From Candidatus Poseidoniales archaeon (GTDB lineage Archaea; Thermoplasmatota; Poseidoniia; Poseidoniales; Poseidoniaceae): 64,000 nucleotides of DNA. The position numbers were made by a program, and so were the translations under genes. The stretch is taken from NCBI GenBank assembly GCA_038105035.1, contig JAYOBT010000003.1, forward strand, positions 4,379 to 68,378, in the 5' to 3' direction. The notes below the pieces were generated by a model, which saw only the letters and a program-made list of their open reading frames with translations, was not told the origin of the DNA and did not search any database. Of the stretch, positions 48,358 through 57,634 are shown one piece after another (the stretch's first letter is position 1; each line of letters begins with the position of its first letter).

Positions 48358-51300
48358 TCAAAGATTGAATTTTTCCGAACAAATCGGGCAGGTGACTTGA
48401 GCTCGCATCAAATCCGTCACAGGGAAATTGGCATTGCATGAAGGGCAGACAGCTTGCCGCCGAAGAGGTGGCAAATCTGCTAACGGTGGAAGCGCACCAG
48501 GTTCGAGTTCAGCCACTGGTAGAGGAGGTAGGCCTTCTGCGACAGGAATGGAAGGCAATGGTGCTGGGTTCGGTAATGGAGGGAGCCCTTTAGAAACAAT
48601 ATCTGCAATTTCACGATCCTGTTTTCTCTTCATGCGGCGATTGAGTCGTGCATTCCCTTCCCCAGCAATGCTCTTGGCTTCAAGTTCTTCTGCAAGTGTG
48701 GGTTCTTCCATCTCAACCTGCACTGGAGGACTTATTGGTACTGTAGCGACTAGTTCTTCCTCTTCGTCGTCTTCCTCTACGTGTACGAGAATGGCAACTT
48801 CATCTTCCTCAAGGACGTCTGCGTCGACAACATCTTCTTTTTTGCCAGAACGAAGAGAGATGACCACGAGAACGAACAGAATGAAAAGGACTGAAATCAG
48901 ACCAAGGAAAATCCTCACCTTCATTTTGTCCGACCCTGGAAGAGGTTCAAGCAGTTGCTCAAGCAGGGACTTTGCTTCCCCTGCATCTTGTTCCTCATCG
49001 AGGAGGAATTTCTGCATAGAAAAACGTCCTGTTTCAGATACGAGGAACAGAATTCCGTCTTGAGCATTCATACTGTATCCGAGAACCCCGTTCTCAGATA
49101 CAATGTTTCCAAGACCAAATACGGGTTGCTCTTTTTCACTTGTCAGAATTCCATAACGAGCTACTTTTCCACGGACTGTGATTTCATCGTAAATGACCTC
49201 GACCATATCGTTACGTTGGTTGTACAAGACAATGGATGCGCCTGGTGCCTGAACACGATACATCTCCTCGTCCCAATCTCCTTGGGTCGCTATCGTAACA
49301 ATCTCCGCATTTTGACCAGAACCTTCAATCCATGAGGCAAAAATGGTCTTATCGTTATCGATTGTTAGTATCGCAATTTGAGCAGAGAATGCGTCATCTC
49401 CAATCGAAGACTGGTACGACCATGAAGTCGACATGAGATCACCTCTTGCATACATCAAGCCACTTCGCTCGACTCCGGTTACATCGTCTCGTTCCTGTTG
49501 GAAGAGAATATGCAAGACTTCGTCATCGAGTACGGTCGACAACTTGTCACCATCATCGGGATGAATCTCGACGTTTGCGAGATGCGTCTTTGGCTCACTC
49601 CAACTCGCACCCTCATCGGGAGTGGAAGAATACAAACTGAAAATCGAGGTGACATCACTCCATGAGCCACCCGTGGAAATATTACGGTAGTATCCTGACA
49701 AAACCATTGTTCCATCATCCTCGGCCAAATCAAGTCCCCAATATTTGCCCTCGGAAATTTTCAGTGGCGTGAGGTGCTTGTGTATGGGAAGCATCTGCCC
49801 TGCAGAAGAAAAAGAAGTCATAGCAACATTGCTCATGAAGTATCCTTGCTCGCTTTGTTCTCTGCTCGTCCAAGCAGCATGCACCAACCCGTCTTCTCTA
49901 AGGTGAACGTCAAGTTCTCCTTCCCAGTTATCCTCGACGAGTGTGTCTGTCAGGAGCAAAAGATTGTCGTTCAAAGATCGAACGTGAAGTTCTCCGTCAA
50001 TCGATGTAAACACGAGCGTTGAGGATTCTACGCCGACAAAAGCAACAGGGAATTCGCCATCGGATAAGGAAAGCGTGGTTGAACCTGCAACGGTTGATAC
50101 ATCGCTCACTACAACACTGAACGTTGTCTGACTGAATTCGCTTTCGACACCATCTCCCGTAAGTGTAGCACGGTACAATACCGCGCCGATCTCATCTGAT
50201 TGATGTCTAAAGTCAACGGTGGTGTATCCGGATTCACTGGTAGCACCTGGAACGAAACCAATTCGTTCTTCATCAATAAGTTGCCATCCAGCCTCAGGAA
50301 TCCAATACTCAAGTGCTATGTCAAGAGAGAATGCTTCGGATTTGCCAAGGTTGTCAATCCGTAGGTCAATTCTGTATTCTTCATCCACTAAGGGGACGAC
50401 TGGCAAGGTCGTAACGAAGCCAGGCAAGTAGCGTAGTACGGGTTGATCTGGTCGTTCCAAAATTTCGTAATCGATGGTGTACACATTGTCCGAGGTATCA
50501 GGGTCACCTTGTGCGTTGTTCGGATCCAGTTCAATCTGAACTTGATGCAACCCTGCAACGGTCGCAGACCAAAACAACGTGACTTGGACTGATTCTCCTT
50601 TTGGCAGATCAGGAATGAGGCCTTGCGAAGGATAGATTTCAGATTCATCCCCCGGAGCAACCAGTCGAACAAAGATATCCGAGGCATCAGCATCACCTGC
50701 ATTGTAGACCTCAAACTTGATCTCAAGTAAACTTCCTTGATACGCCTCTTCTGCTGGCATGCCGCGATTCAGCACCTCAAAATCACCAACAAATCGCAAC
50801 GATGGCGCAGGGTCAACGTTGTCGATTGTGTAACTCCTTTGAACGATTTTTGATTCTTTTCCGGAGTTGTTCACCATGCGTACAGAGAGTTCTCTGAATC
50901 CATCATCAACTTCGGTTGTATCCCAGTTGAACGACCAAACTGACTTCCCATCTTCGCCTGGATTGTTATTGGTTTGAATTGTACTACCAAACAACCATTC
51001 GCCATCATCGACACGGTACTCGATTCGATCATGCTCCACGCCTTCAACTTCTCCTTTGACTTCAACCGTACCTGTCAAGGAGTTTCGCGAGATGGGCGTA
51101 TCTATCAGGATACTTTCTCGAGAAACCTTGAACTTGCGATAAGCCACGTTGGAAACGTTTCCATCATCGTCGGAGGCTTTAGCATGTAGAAGTAAGAACT
51201 TCTCATTCGAGCTATAATCGACCCATGAATCTTGAACTTCAACATCGAGGAACCAACTTTCCATGGTACCATTGGCTTCAGTCCAATCCAGCAGCATCTT

Positions 51301-53205
51301 TGGACCACGATTGTTGAAATGTTGCTCAATGTACACCTCAACACGTTGATAGGCGATTTCGGTCATGTTGACTTCCCCTGAAATGCGAGTGAATGAATCG
51401 CTCAGCAACCACGTTCCATTGGAAGGATAACTTACGTTGACATCGCTCTTTGATTCTTTCACTACGAACCCGTTGTCGCATGGAACGCCCTCGATTGAAT
51501 TCACGGCACATGCTGCGTCGATGATTCCAAATCCGTACTTTTCATTCCATCTCTCGGACAAGGTTTCGTCGTATGGGTCTCCTCTTTGTTCGGAACTGTT
51601 TCGAAGAATATCCTTTACTTCCTGAGGGCTGAGGGACGAATCGGCTTCCAACATGAGCGCAACAATTCCCGAAGCAATCGGAGTGGCCATGCTCGTCCCT
51701 GACTTCGAATCGTATTGGTCGTCCGCAAGACCCGTATCTCCCGGTATCGGTAATGATGTTCCGTAGGTCGCTGAGATAATGTTGTGGCCATACGATGTGA
51801 TGTCTGGTTTGAGTTCATCCCATTCATCATCATCTCCATCGCTAATTCGTGGGCCCCAATTTGAGAAATCAGAATGCTCGTCGTCATCGCGTAGGATTGT
51901 GTTCTTGTCGTTGACTGAGCCGACTGTGATTGCACCGTCTGCACTTCCAGGGGACGGTACTCTGTTGCTACCATCGTTACCGATGGCTACAACACAGATG
52001 ATACCTTCAGCAGTGGCTTGGTTAATGAGTGATGCCTCAGCGCTTGTTCCATTATCCCCCTGATCGCCTGCATTAAGAGGAGTCCCCACAGAGCCGTACG
52101 ACATGGATGCGACCTGAATACCACGGTATGTCGAGTTGATGCCCCAGTCCGTATCCTTGTTGTTGATCATCCATTGGATTCCAGCTAAACTCGCTTGCGA
52201 ATTGGTTCCACCGCTGTCTGTTAAGACCTTGATATCAACCAAAGCAGCACCAGGAGCAGTTCCTCTGTGAGTACGGGTTGTATCGCCTGTGCCCAATGCA
52301 GAACCTGCTACGTGCGTTCCGTGACCGTTTCCATCGTCTGGATCGGCGGAGCCATCTGGATTCGGATTTGGAGAAGTCGCATCAAAACCTGCGACCCACT
52401 TCTGGTCGCTGTAAGTTGATGCATCTGCATCGGGTGCATCATCGATGTCATCAAAATCATTGAGGGAACGATGTTCATTATCGACACCAGTGTCCATCAC
52501 TGCAATAACGACCCCTGTTCCATAGTAACCCAACTCATGTGCTGTGTTTCCGTATTCCTGTGAAGGACGTGCCAGTGCTGCTTTTGAAGCAACATCGTTC
52601 AATGGAGCCATGACGTTTTGCATCTCAACAACGACAACTCCCTCAAGGTGATAAATATCCATGAGAGCGGATACAGGGACCTTGTCGACAACGATGCTGT
52701 CAATACTCCGCAGTACTTCGAACCAAGCGCCATTCTCAATACCAATCCAACCATGGGCATCGAGCGTTGTCTTCAGAGAAGTGATCTCTGGCTCTGAAGG
52801 ATGCCACGCGTAATCGACGACGATAGCCACCGTTTTGCGACCATCTGGGCCAATGATGGCCGTAGGTGACGCTGAATCCATGCCGTCAAGAACACGCTGT
52901 AGTCGATCATCCATCCCATTCCAGTCAAGGTCTGGACCGTAGGCCTGCCACCATCCGTAATCCAAGGAAGCGGCTCGACCTTGACGGTCGTACATTCGAA
53001 GTGGGCGGTCGCACAACTCATCACCACACATGAGTGGAGGGAGCCCTTCGACCATAATCGGAGGCGCATGTGTAGGTTCTTGCACCTCAGGAAGCGTTTC
53101 TATTGCCTGAACTTGTGATGCCATAGGCAACAAAAGCATGAGCAAAACCAAGAACAATGCCTGCCTTGGATTCGAATAACGAGACCTTCCGCTCATAATC
53201 GCCAT
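48358..53205 (-). CDS. Large membrane-anchored subtilisin-like (S8) serine protease with CARDB domains and a Pro-rich/Zn-ribbon tail
   Basis: Signal peptide; catalytic triad motifs VMDTGVD, GHGTHVAG and SGTSMATP; CARDB; C-terminal TM; LPPL repeats; CPSC..CPIC. Confidence 0.93.
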   Translation of the reverse strand: MAIMSGRSRYSNPRQALFLVLLMLLLPMASQVQAIETLPEVQEPTHAPPIMVEGLPPLMCGDELCDRPLRMYDRQGRAASLDYGWWQAYGPDLDWNGMDDRLQRVLDGMDSASPTAIIGPDGRKTVAIVVDYAWHPSEPEITSLKTTLDAHGWIGIENGAWFEVLRSIDSIVVDKVPVSALMDIYHLEGVVVVEMQNVMAPLNDVASKAALARPSQEYGNTAHELGYYGTGVVIAVMDTGVDNEHRSLNDFDDIDDAPDADASTYSDQKWVAGFDATSPNPNPDGSADPDDGNGHGTHVAGSALGTGDTTRTHRGTAPGAALVDIKVLTDSGGTNSQASLAGIQWMINNKDTDWGINSTYRGIQVASMSYGSVGTPLNAGDQGDNGTSAEASLINQATAEGIICVVAIGNDGSNRVPSPGSADGAITVGSVNDKNTILRDDDEHSDFSNWGPRISDGDDDEWDELKPDITSYGHNIISATYGTSLPIPGDTGLADDQYDSKSGTSMATPIASGIVALMLEADSSLSPQEVKDILRNSSEQRGDPYDETLSERWNEKYGFGIIDAACAVNSIEGVPCDNGFVVKESKSDVNVSYPSNGTWLLSDSFTRISGEVNMTEIAYQRVEVYIEQHFNNRGPKMLLDWTEANGTMESWFLDVEVQDSWVDYSSNEKFLLLHAKASDDDGNVSNVAYRKFKVSRESILIDTPISRNSLTGTVEVKGEVEGVEHDRIEYRVDDGEWLFGSTIQTNNNPGEDGKSVWSFNWDTTEVDDGFRELSVRMVNNSGKESKIVQRSYTIDNVDPAPSLRFVGDFEVLNRGMPAEEAYQGSLLEIKFEVYNAGDADASDIFVRLVAPGDESEIYPSQGLIPDLPKGESVQVTLFWSATVAGLHQVQIELDPNNAQGDPDTSDNVYTIDYEILERPDQPVLRYLPGFVTTLPVVPLVDEEYRIDLRIDNLGKSEAFSLDIALEYWIPEAGWQLIDEERIGFVPGATSESGYTTVDFRHQSDEIGAVLYRATLTGDGVESEFSQTTFSVVVSDVSTVAGSTTLSLSDGEFPVAFVGVESSTLVFTSIDGELHVRSLNDNLLLLTDTLVEDNWEGELDVHLREDGLVHAAWTSREQSEQGYFMSNVAMTSFSSAGQMLPIHKHLTPLKISEGKYWGLDLAEDDGTMVLSGYYRNISTGGSWSDVTSIFSLYSSTPDEGASWSEPKTHLANVEIHPDDGDKLSTVLDDEVLHILFQQERDDVTGVERSGLMYARGDLMSTSWSYQSSIGDDAFSAQIAILTIDNDKTIFASWIEGSGQNAEIVTIATQGDWDEEMYRVQAPGASIVLYNQRNDMVEVIYDEITVRGKVARYGILTSEKEQPVFGLGNIVSENGVLGYSMNAQDGILFLVSETGRFSMQKFLLDEEQDAGEAKSLLEQLLEPLPGSDKMKVRIFLGLISVLFILFVLVVISLRSGKKEDVVDADVLEEDEVAILVHVEEDDEEEELVATVPISPPVQVEMEEPTLAEELEAKSIAGEGNARLNRRMKRKQDREIADIVSKGLPPLPNPAPLPSIPVAEGLPPLPVAELEPGALPPLADLPPLRRQAVCPSCNANFPVTDLMRAQVTCPICSEKFNL

Positions 53206-53266
53206 ACCTCACCACAAATCGATATATTTTGATGGTATCGCTCCAACGTGTATTGATTAACCCAGA

Positions 53267-54319
53267 TTATCCATGCTTTGGCCAGGACAGATGTTTCGGT
53301 TCTTTTGAGCATTGAAGTTGAGGCCCTGTACGGCGCTCGACCATACCTAGTGGAGCCAAACATACAGGGCAGTCTCCTGCTTCTGCAATATGTTCCATCC
53401 ACGCTATTCGGGTTTCTGCCTCATCTCCTGCTTCCTTGAGTTTTCGCAATGGTTCGCGCAAGTTCTTGGGGACATCGAGTCCGAGTTCTGTCCAAGGGTC
53501 GTCAATATCGGACACGTCGACCATCGATGATTTAATTTGATCAAATCCTGCTCTTGAATTACCGAATCCTTTGGGGCCTCCATCGACAACACCCATCGGA
53601 TAAGGCCCCCCTCTTGCGACGAGGGGAAGCAATGCATAGGCAGCGACGAACCCTCCGATGTGTGCCATGTGGGCAACTGTGGAATATCCTCCGAGGCCAA
53701 CCGTATTGAACGCTCGAATCAACTCAAATCCAAAATAAAACAAGGCTATGATGGTAACTGGCCATGGTCGAATCAGAATGAGTGGGAACGGGATTTCGTC
53801 CCGAGGCCAACCAGAAAGATAGGCTCCAAGTAGGCCATATGCTGCACCAGACGCTCCCCAAGATGGTGTTCCTGAGCCACTGTTGAAGAGGACCCAGGCA
53901 ATTGAACCTCCGAGCAATCCTGTCACATAGACGATTGTGAACCGTTTTGTGCCCAACCGCTGCTCAAGTGGAATTCCAACCAAGGCGATGACAAGGACGT
54001 TTCCAAGAACGTGGGTCACGTCGCTCATACTGTGTAGGAAGCCTGCTGTGAACAGGGTTGGGTAATAGACAACGGAATTCAATCGTTCAGGAATCAACCA
54101 AAAATCAAACCACACAAAGCGGAATTCAAGACCGTACGAAGCCATCACAACAAAGGCATACTGGACAATGTAACCCAACAATAATCCAACGGAAATCCCC
54201 AGTGCAATCGGTGTCTTATTGCGGAATGAGTAAGCAATTGGAGACACAACTGCGAAAATCCACAAGCACAAGATGATCCATTCAGAGGCTCCGAATGTTG
54301 TAAGATACAACTGCCCCAT
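53267..54319 (-). CDS. Rhomboid intramembrane serine protease with C-terminal Cys/His (Zn-ribbon-like) extension
   Basis: FLH....HVLGN, LEQRLG, GASG (catalytic Ser), AHMAHIGG (catalytic His) and C-terminal CPVC..C..H. Confidence 0.92.
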   Translation of the reverse strand: MGQLYLTTFGASEWIILCLWIFAVVSPIAYSFRNKTPIALGISVGLLLGYIVQYAFVVMASYGLEFRFVWFDFWLIPERLNSVVYYPTLFTAGFLHSMSDVTHVLGNVLVIALVGIPLEQRLGTKRFTIVYVTGLLGGSIAWVLFNSGSGTPSWGASGAAYGLLGAYLSGWPRDEIPFPLILIRPWPVTIIALFYFGFELIRAFNTVGLGGYSTVAHMAHIGGFVAAYALLPLVARGGPYPMGVVDGGPKGFGNSRAGFDQIKSSMVDVSDIDDPWTELGLDVPKNLREPLRKLKEAGDEAETRIAWMEHIAEAGDCPVCLAPLGMVERRTGPQLQCSKEPKHLSWPKHG

Positions 54320-54396
54320 ACATCCCCGACCATTTGCTCGACTATGGGTCTTGTCCTGTCGTAGCATTCATTCATGTGTGTGTTTTGGATTGCACT

Positions 54397-55629
54397 ATGA
54401 GCGAAGCGCTGTTGTCTCTGAACGGCGTTTCCATTCGTCGCGGTTCCTCGGTCGTTCTCAACGACTTCAACCTTGAAGTCTCAAGCGGACAACTCGTCCT
54501 TTTGAGCGACAGGAATGGTGCTGGAAAGTCGACCATGATCGAAGCAGCAGCAGGTCTTTTACCTCTTGAAAAAGGAGAAATTCTCCACAATGGGGAAATT
54601 CTTCTCGATGCATCTGGACGATCAAAAAGGCCAAAATTTCCCTTTGGATTGACGTTGCAATCCGATGGATGTGTTGGAAGTTTACGCGTCGAAGAACATC
54701 TTTTCAACGCCCTCGACCTTGCAGGCGGCCGTATCGAAATCGATGCATGGCTCGAGCGGTACAATCTGGCTCATCGAAGACATGATTTGATTGCACATTT
54801 GTCTGGCGGCCAACGACGCAAAGTGGCCATGCTCGCTGGAATGTTACCTGGATTTGTTAGCCAAACACCCCGTATTTTACTGTTGGACGAACCGGCAGCT
54901 GGACTTGACGCAGCATCCCGTTCGTCACTGGTTGAGGATTTGCATGAACTTCGGCATCGAGGAAACGCTATTCTCCTTGCAAGTCATCACTCTGATTTTA
55001 CGGCTTGTGCAACGCATATTCTAACTGAGAATAAAATGGAAACAAACGAAGCCACAGAGAAATCAGATCTAATGAATCGGGACTTGAAATCAACGTCTCA
55101 TCAAAGCAATTCTGCATTTCGAACAGGATTTTTGCTCAACCAACGTACGCTATCTACACTCGCAAGCAATGGTATAGCCGGATTCCTGACGCTCGGGATT
55201 CTGCTCGCACTCGTCGATGCTTCAGCCGTTGATTCTTCTTTGCTGCAAGCATCTGGTTTGTTCCTGAGTGCAGCTTTCGCAGCAGGGCTCGTCGGCGATA
55301 ACATGGTTTCGATGTTGCATGAACACAGAGCTTTGGATTGGTGGAAAGCCCATCGACAAGGCATTCCAAATTCGTACATCCACGGTCTTGTCCTCGGTTC
55401 AGGATTGACAGCATTGACGCAGTTAGGATTTGATGTTGCCGTTTCATGGCCTCTGTTGGCCATTGGTGGCTTGCTCACAATCTCGACCATGATGATGGTC
55501 CGATGGATGGATCTTGCCGCCTCGCGATTGGCTCGACCACGTGCTGCATACACTCGAATTCTGACACCAATTCTGATTCTTCCTTTCGCACTGCTCGTTC
55601 AATGGATTACCGATTCTGGTCTATTGTAA
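54397..55629 (+). CDS. CcmA-like ABC ATPase fused to a CcmB-like membrane domain
   Basis: NGAGKST, LSGGQ, LLLDEP and ASH. The C-terminal ~165 aa are hydrophobic and end ILTPILILPFALLV. Directly upstream of ccmC. Confidence 0.75.
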   Translation: MSEALLSLNGVSIRRGSSVVLNDFNLEVSSGQLVLLSDRNGAGKSTMIEAAAGLLPLEKGEILHNGEILLDASGRSKRPKFPFGLTLQSDGCVGSLRVEEHLFNALDLAGGRIEIDAWLERYNLAHRRHDLIAHLSGGQRRKVAMLAGMLPGFVSQTPRILLLDEPAAGLDAASRSSLVEDLHELRHRGNAILLASHHSDFTACATHILTENKMETNEATEKSDLMNRDLKSTSHQSNSAFRTGFLLNQRTLSTLASNGIAGFLTLGILLALVDASAVDSSLLQASGLFLSAAFAAGLVGDNMVSMLHEHRALDWWKAHRQGIPNSYIHGLVLGSGLTALTQLGFDVAVSWPLLAIGGLLTISTMMMVRWMDLAASRLARPRAAYTRILTPILILPFALLVQWITDSGLL

Positions 55630-55667
55630 ATGCAACTATTGAAAGCAAAAGGTTCGGTGGAACAAAT

Positions 55668-56360
55668 ATGACCAAGCGATTGTCAGAGATGATTCTCTTG
55701 GTTGGTTTCATTGGTATTGGAGCAACCTTAGGTCTTGCGTTTCTCAAAGCACCTAGTGTTTCCATCAATGCCTTTGAATCACCTGACGCACAACGGATTT
55801 TCTATTGGCACGTTCCTGCTGCATGGGCTGCATTCATTGCCTTTGGCTTCCTTTTCTTGGGTTCAGCATTGTGGTTTTTCAAGCGTTCCGACCTTGGTTG
55901 GAGAATGCATGTTGCAGGCGCACAGGCTGGACTCGCCACCGGTTTGATGACAGTCTGGAGCGGTATGGTTTGGGGTTCCGCAGAATGGGGAGTTCCTTGG
56001 GATTGGACCGACGTTCGGCTGAACACATTTGGGCTACTCACATTCCTAGCATTGTTTCTCGTTCTGGGTAGGCAAGCGCAGCCCGATGGGGTCGAAACAC
56101 GCGATACCTTCTCGACATTCGGCCTGTTTGGATTTGTACTCGTTCCAGTTACATACGTTGCAACCCGGCTCTGGCAAATTCGACATCCTGGTCCAGTGAT
56201 CGGTGGTGGTGAAAGTGGAAGTCTTAATGGAGAAATGGCCCTTATTCTCCTCATTGGTGCAATCTCGTTCACAGTTTTCATTATCGGTCATGTCCTGATG
56301 AGCATGCGCATTACATCGCTCGAACAACGATTGGAAAGGATTCAAGAATCAAAGGATTAG
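55668..56360 (+). CDS. ccmC: Heme-handling protein CcmC
   Basis: RIFYWHVPAAW (His1), WWD motif WGSAEWGVPWDWTDVRL and RHP (His2); 6 TM. Confidence 0.9.
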   Translation: MTKRLSEMILLVGFIGIGATLGLAFLKAPSVSINAFESPDAQRIFYWHVPAAWAAFIAFGFLFLGSALWFFKRSDLGWRMHVAGAQAGLATGLMTVWSGMVWGSAEWGVPWDWTDVRLNTFGLLTFLALFLVLGRQAQPDGVETRDTFSTFGLFGFVLVPVTYVATRLWQIRHPGPVIGGGESGSLNGEMALILLIGAISFTVFIIGHVLMSMRITSLEQRLERIQESKD

Positions 56361-56368
56361 GTGTAAAC

Positions 56369-56527
56369 ATGGCGGAAGGAATGACGTATCTTGCTGTGGC
56401 ATATCTCGGCATGCTCGTAGCCATCGGCCTTTGGACCTGGACGGTCTTTGCAAGAAGCAATGACCTTGAGAAAAGGATTGAGGCTGTTGAACGAAGCTTC
56501 GAAAAGGTTGGTCACGAACAGGAGTGA
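56369..56527 (+). CDS. CcmD-like small single-TM protein (52 aa)
   Basis: Below the ORF-track cutoff. My translation is MAEGMTYLAVAYLGMLVAIGLWTWTVFARSNDLEKRIEAVERSFEKVGHEQE: Y...AY, a TM helix and a charged helix. It fills the gap after ccmC, with AGGTG upstream. Confidence 0.75.
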   Translation: MAEGMTYLAVAYLGMLVAIGLWTWTVFARSNDLEKRIEAVERSFEKVGHEQE

Positions 56528-56532
56528 GTTCA

Positions 56533-57600
56533 ATGAGTCGAGGGCTTGGTGGTGACTTTTGCCTCGTATGCGGAAACGAGCCACCTCTGTTCACCGACAA
56601 AATGTGTGAACCATGTACACGAAAACGAACCAAACTCGCCGAAGTACCTGAAAATACGAATTTTACGCAATGTGCTCGGTGCGGATTGATCGACATCCAA
56701 GGCCGTTGGGTCAACATTCCAGAAGATACATTGTGGGACGAATTAATTCAACGAAACGTTTCGTTTCATGAACGTGCAGAAGAGGTTGGTTTAGGTTTCG
56801 AACCACGTACTGTTTCTGACCGACATACTTTGCTCCATATGCAGATGGAAGGCGTCATTGACGATCTCTTGTACACTGAAGAACACACCATGAGGGCCCG
56901 TCGTTCAAACGGTGTGTGTCTGACATGCACAAGGCGGGCTGGAAACTATTTCGAGGCGACTGTGCAACTTCGCTCAACTGGTCGCCGACTCGAAGAAGGT
57001 GAACTCAACAACCTGCGAGCAAGTCTTGACAATGTTATCGAACAACTAAGCGATGATCCAATGTTTTTCATCACCAATGAGGGTCCTGTAACGGGTGGCT
57101 ACGATGTGGTGATGGGATCGAAGGGACTTGCTCGAGCATGGGGTCGTCATTTGATTGAACATTGGGGAGGGCAAGTCACAGAAACCAATTCCACAGTCGG
57201 GCGAAAAGATGGTGTTGATGTTACACGGCTGACACTGCTCTACCGCAAACCAGGATACGATCTCGGAGATGTCGTTCGTTGGCGTGGCGAGTTGTGGCGG
57301 CCAAGTTCTTGGAGCAAAGATGGTGCCATCATGGAGCGTATATCTCGCCAAGAACGTACAGGTGCTACATGGAGAGACTTGGACGGGGTGAAAGTGTTGT
57401 CACAGATGGACGACCACATGGTTGTCGATATTCTCAACCGCGATGATTCAGCAGCGGAATTCTTGGACCCAAACACATGGCAAATGACCTCGGTGCGTCT
57501 TCCTTGGGACTATGACGGTGCAGCACAATTGCGACTCGCTCGAGTTGATGGCGAATACATCGCCTTGCACGATATGGCTCTTGACCACTCCAATCGATAG
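56533..57600 (+). CDS. nmd3: NMD3 family ribosome biogenesis protein
   Basis: Four CxxC pairs (CLVCG, CEPC, CARCG, CLTC), then YFEATVQLR, G.D and GRKDG. Confidence 0.9.
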   Translation: MSRGLGGDFCLVCGNEPPLFTDKMCEPCTRKRTKLAEVPENTNFTQCARCGLIDIQGRWVNIPEDTLWDELIQRNVSFHERAEEVGLGFEPRTVSDRHTLLHMQMEGVIDDLLYTEEHTMRARRSNGVCLTCTRRAGNYFEATVQLRSTGRRLEEGELNNLRASLDNVIEQLSDDPMFFITNEGPVTGGYDVVMGSKGLARAWGRHLIEHWGGQVTETNSTVGRKDGVDVTRLTLLYRKPGYDLGDVVRWRGELWRPSSWSKDGAIMERISRQERTGATWRDLDGVKVLSQMDDHMVVDILNRDDSAAEFLDPNTWQMTSVRLPWDYDGAAQLRLARVDGEYIALHDMALDHSNR

Positions 57601-57634
57601 GAGCCCATATGAAGGTCGAACCTTCCATAGAACC

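Noticed and set aside
48428..49063. 211-aa Ser/Gly-rich + strand ORF
   Set aside because: Antisense shadow of the acidic, Pro-rich tail of the S8 protease.
55446..55667. Apparent N-terminal extension of CcmC in the ORF track, suggesting a frameshifted AB-C fusion
   Set aside because: It overlaps the upstream gene in another frame with non-protein-like sequence. ATG 55668 gives a normal-length CcmC, and I saw no slippery site.
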